64,000 nucleotides of DNA from Dehalococcoidia bacterium (GTDB lineage: Bacteria > Chloroflexota > Dehalococcoidia > Lucifugimonadales > UBA3495): NCBI GenBank assembly GCA_965221385.1, contig OZ244885.1, positions 2,177,334 to 2,241,333 of the forward strand, read 5' to 3'. The notes below the pieces were generated by a model. That model was not told the origin of the DNA. It worked only from the letters and a program-made list of their open reading frames with translations, and made no database searches. Shown here piece after piece: positions 62,968-64,000 of the stretch. Both the position numbers and the translations under genes were made by a program. Within the stretch, counting starts at the first letter, position 1; each line of letters opens with the position of its first letter.

Positions 62968-64000
62968 ATGGAAACCTTCTTCATAGCGGCCATCGCCTTT
63001 ATCCCCATGCTGGTGATGCTGGTGGTCATTCACGAATGGGGGCACTTTTTCACCGCCAAGGCCTTTGGCGTCAAGGTCCTGGAGTTCGGTATAGGCTATC
63101 CCCCCCGTGCCTTCGGCTTCTACACCGGCCGTACCCGCGTCCTGCTCGATTCGGAAACCCGCTGCGCCAACCTTTCCGGCCCTTCTGAAATCCTTACGGG
63201 CGCCATGGTGCGCATCCATTCCGGCGAGGACGCTCACGGGAATCTGGTGGCCCGGTTGGTGGAGGGCGGCCAGTCCGGTGGTTTGCAGCGTCCCACATCG
63301 CTGCAGGATATGTCCACCGACGAACTTCTACGCCACGAGGGGATTGTCCGGGAGGTTAACCCGGATAGCCTGGTGGTGTCCGACATGGCCTACACCGTCA
63401 ACTGGCTGCCCCTGGGCGGTTTCGTCCGGTTGGCTGGCGAAAACAACCCCGCCGTGCCTCGCAGCCTGGCGGCAAAGGGGCCCGGCCCGCGGGCCATAAT
63501 TCTCGCGGCGGGTTCGTTCATGAACGCCATCTTTCCTCTGGTGGCCTTCACCCTTCTATTCATGATTCCCCAGGACGTTGCCGTGGGCAACGTGCAGGTT
63601 GACTTGGTGGAACCCAATTCCCCGGCGCAGGTGGCTGGGCTGCAGCCCGGCGACCTGGTAATGGTTGCCGGTGACCGCCCCATAGAACAGGCTTCCGACC
63701 TGGTGCGCGCCACCACGCTCAATGCCGGTTCGCCAATGGAGTGGACCATCCAGCGGGATGGCGTAGATGCCGTTGTCCAATTGACGCCCAGGGCAAATCC
63801 TCCTCCCGGGCAGGGGGCAACCGGTATCCAGATTAGCCTGGTCAACGAACGCTCCGAAACCCGATTTGAACCTCCCTGGACCGCCGCCTGGCTGGCCGCC
63901 AACAGCGCCTGGGAGATGCTCACCCTGCTGCGTCAGGAAGTATCCTCGTGGATCACCGGGTCGCGGGCGCCCCAACTGTCAGGCCCCGTGGGCATTGCCC
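62968..64000 (+). CDS. rseP: RIP site-2 metalloprotease RseP (peptidase M50), 3' end outside window
   Basis: I translated it by hand because it has no stop in the window and so is absent from the ORF track. HEWGH zinc motif, NWLPLGGFV, and PDZ segment NSPAQVAGLQPGDLV. Confidence 0.85.
   Translation, partial: METFFIAAIAFIPMLVMLVVIHEWGHFFTAKAFGVKVLEFGIGYPPRAFGFYTGRTRVLLDSETRCANLSGPSEILTGAMVRIHSGEDAHGNLVARLVEGGQSGGLQRPTSLQDMSTDELLRHEGIVREVNPDSLVVSDMAYTVNWLPLGGFVRLAGENNPAVPRSLAAKGPGPRAIILAAGSFMNAIFPLVAFTLLFMIPQDVAVGNVQVDLVEPNSPAQVAGLQPGDLVMVAGDRPIEQASDLVRATTLNAGSPMEWTIQRDGVDAVVQLTPRANPPPGQGATGIQISLVNERSETRFEPPWTAAWLAANSAWEMLTLLRQEVSSWITGSRAPQLSGPVGIA

Overview
64-kb high-GC bacterial chromosomal segment (by eye about 60-65% GC, with GC3-rich codons). 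It is gene-dense on both strands, with about 57 protein genes called. I saw no rRNA, tRNA, true CRISPR, transposase or phage genes. Housekeeping genes are interleaved with oxidoreductase and hydrolase paralogs. In order: pheT (5' cut), moeA, infC-rpmI-rplT, a HadAB-like hotdog pair, an SRAP/YedK gene, and a LexA-box-controlled imuB-dnaE2 operon. Then cysS-ispF-ispD-yacL (Bacillus-like order), OsmC, FAH and EthD-like genes, and a FixH-like plus CtaG pair. Then a 9-kb four-gene FtsX/MacB-type ABC cluster (two ~1140-aa 10-TM permeases plus two ATPases), rpsU, amidase and dtd. Finally DinB, CMD, nadC-nadB, PAC2, HpaB, GH15, a PaaK-like ligase, amidohydrolases, Uma2, M19 dipeptidase, ThuA, MDMPI, SMP-30, an LLM oxidoreductase and rseP (3' cut). 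The gene repertoire plus a Gram-positive-type SOS box suggests a monoderm high-GC lineage such as Chloroflexota; this is inference only. The most unusual signal is non-coding. A GTCATTCCGAGCG..CGAGGAATCCCAAC element family occupies ten intergenic loci. Forward copies always lie to the left of reverse copies (convergent), and the element is amplified in situ into 75-80 bp tandem arrays of up to ~0.9 kb. A second palindromic family (GTAGGGGCGCAC..GTGCGCCCCTAC) sits just past gene 3' ends. Other items worth a second look: the giant-permease ABC cluster with expanded extracytoplasmic domains and an AbrB-like ATPase tail; a low-GC orphan gene wedged between yedK and dnaE2; a textbook TTGACT-N17-TATAAT promoter with an embedded SOS box; an 0.85-kb ORF-free GC-dip region upstream of yacL; and an apparent ATA start for infC.
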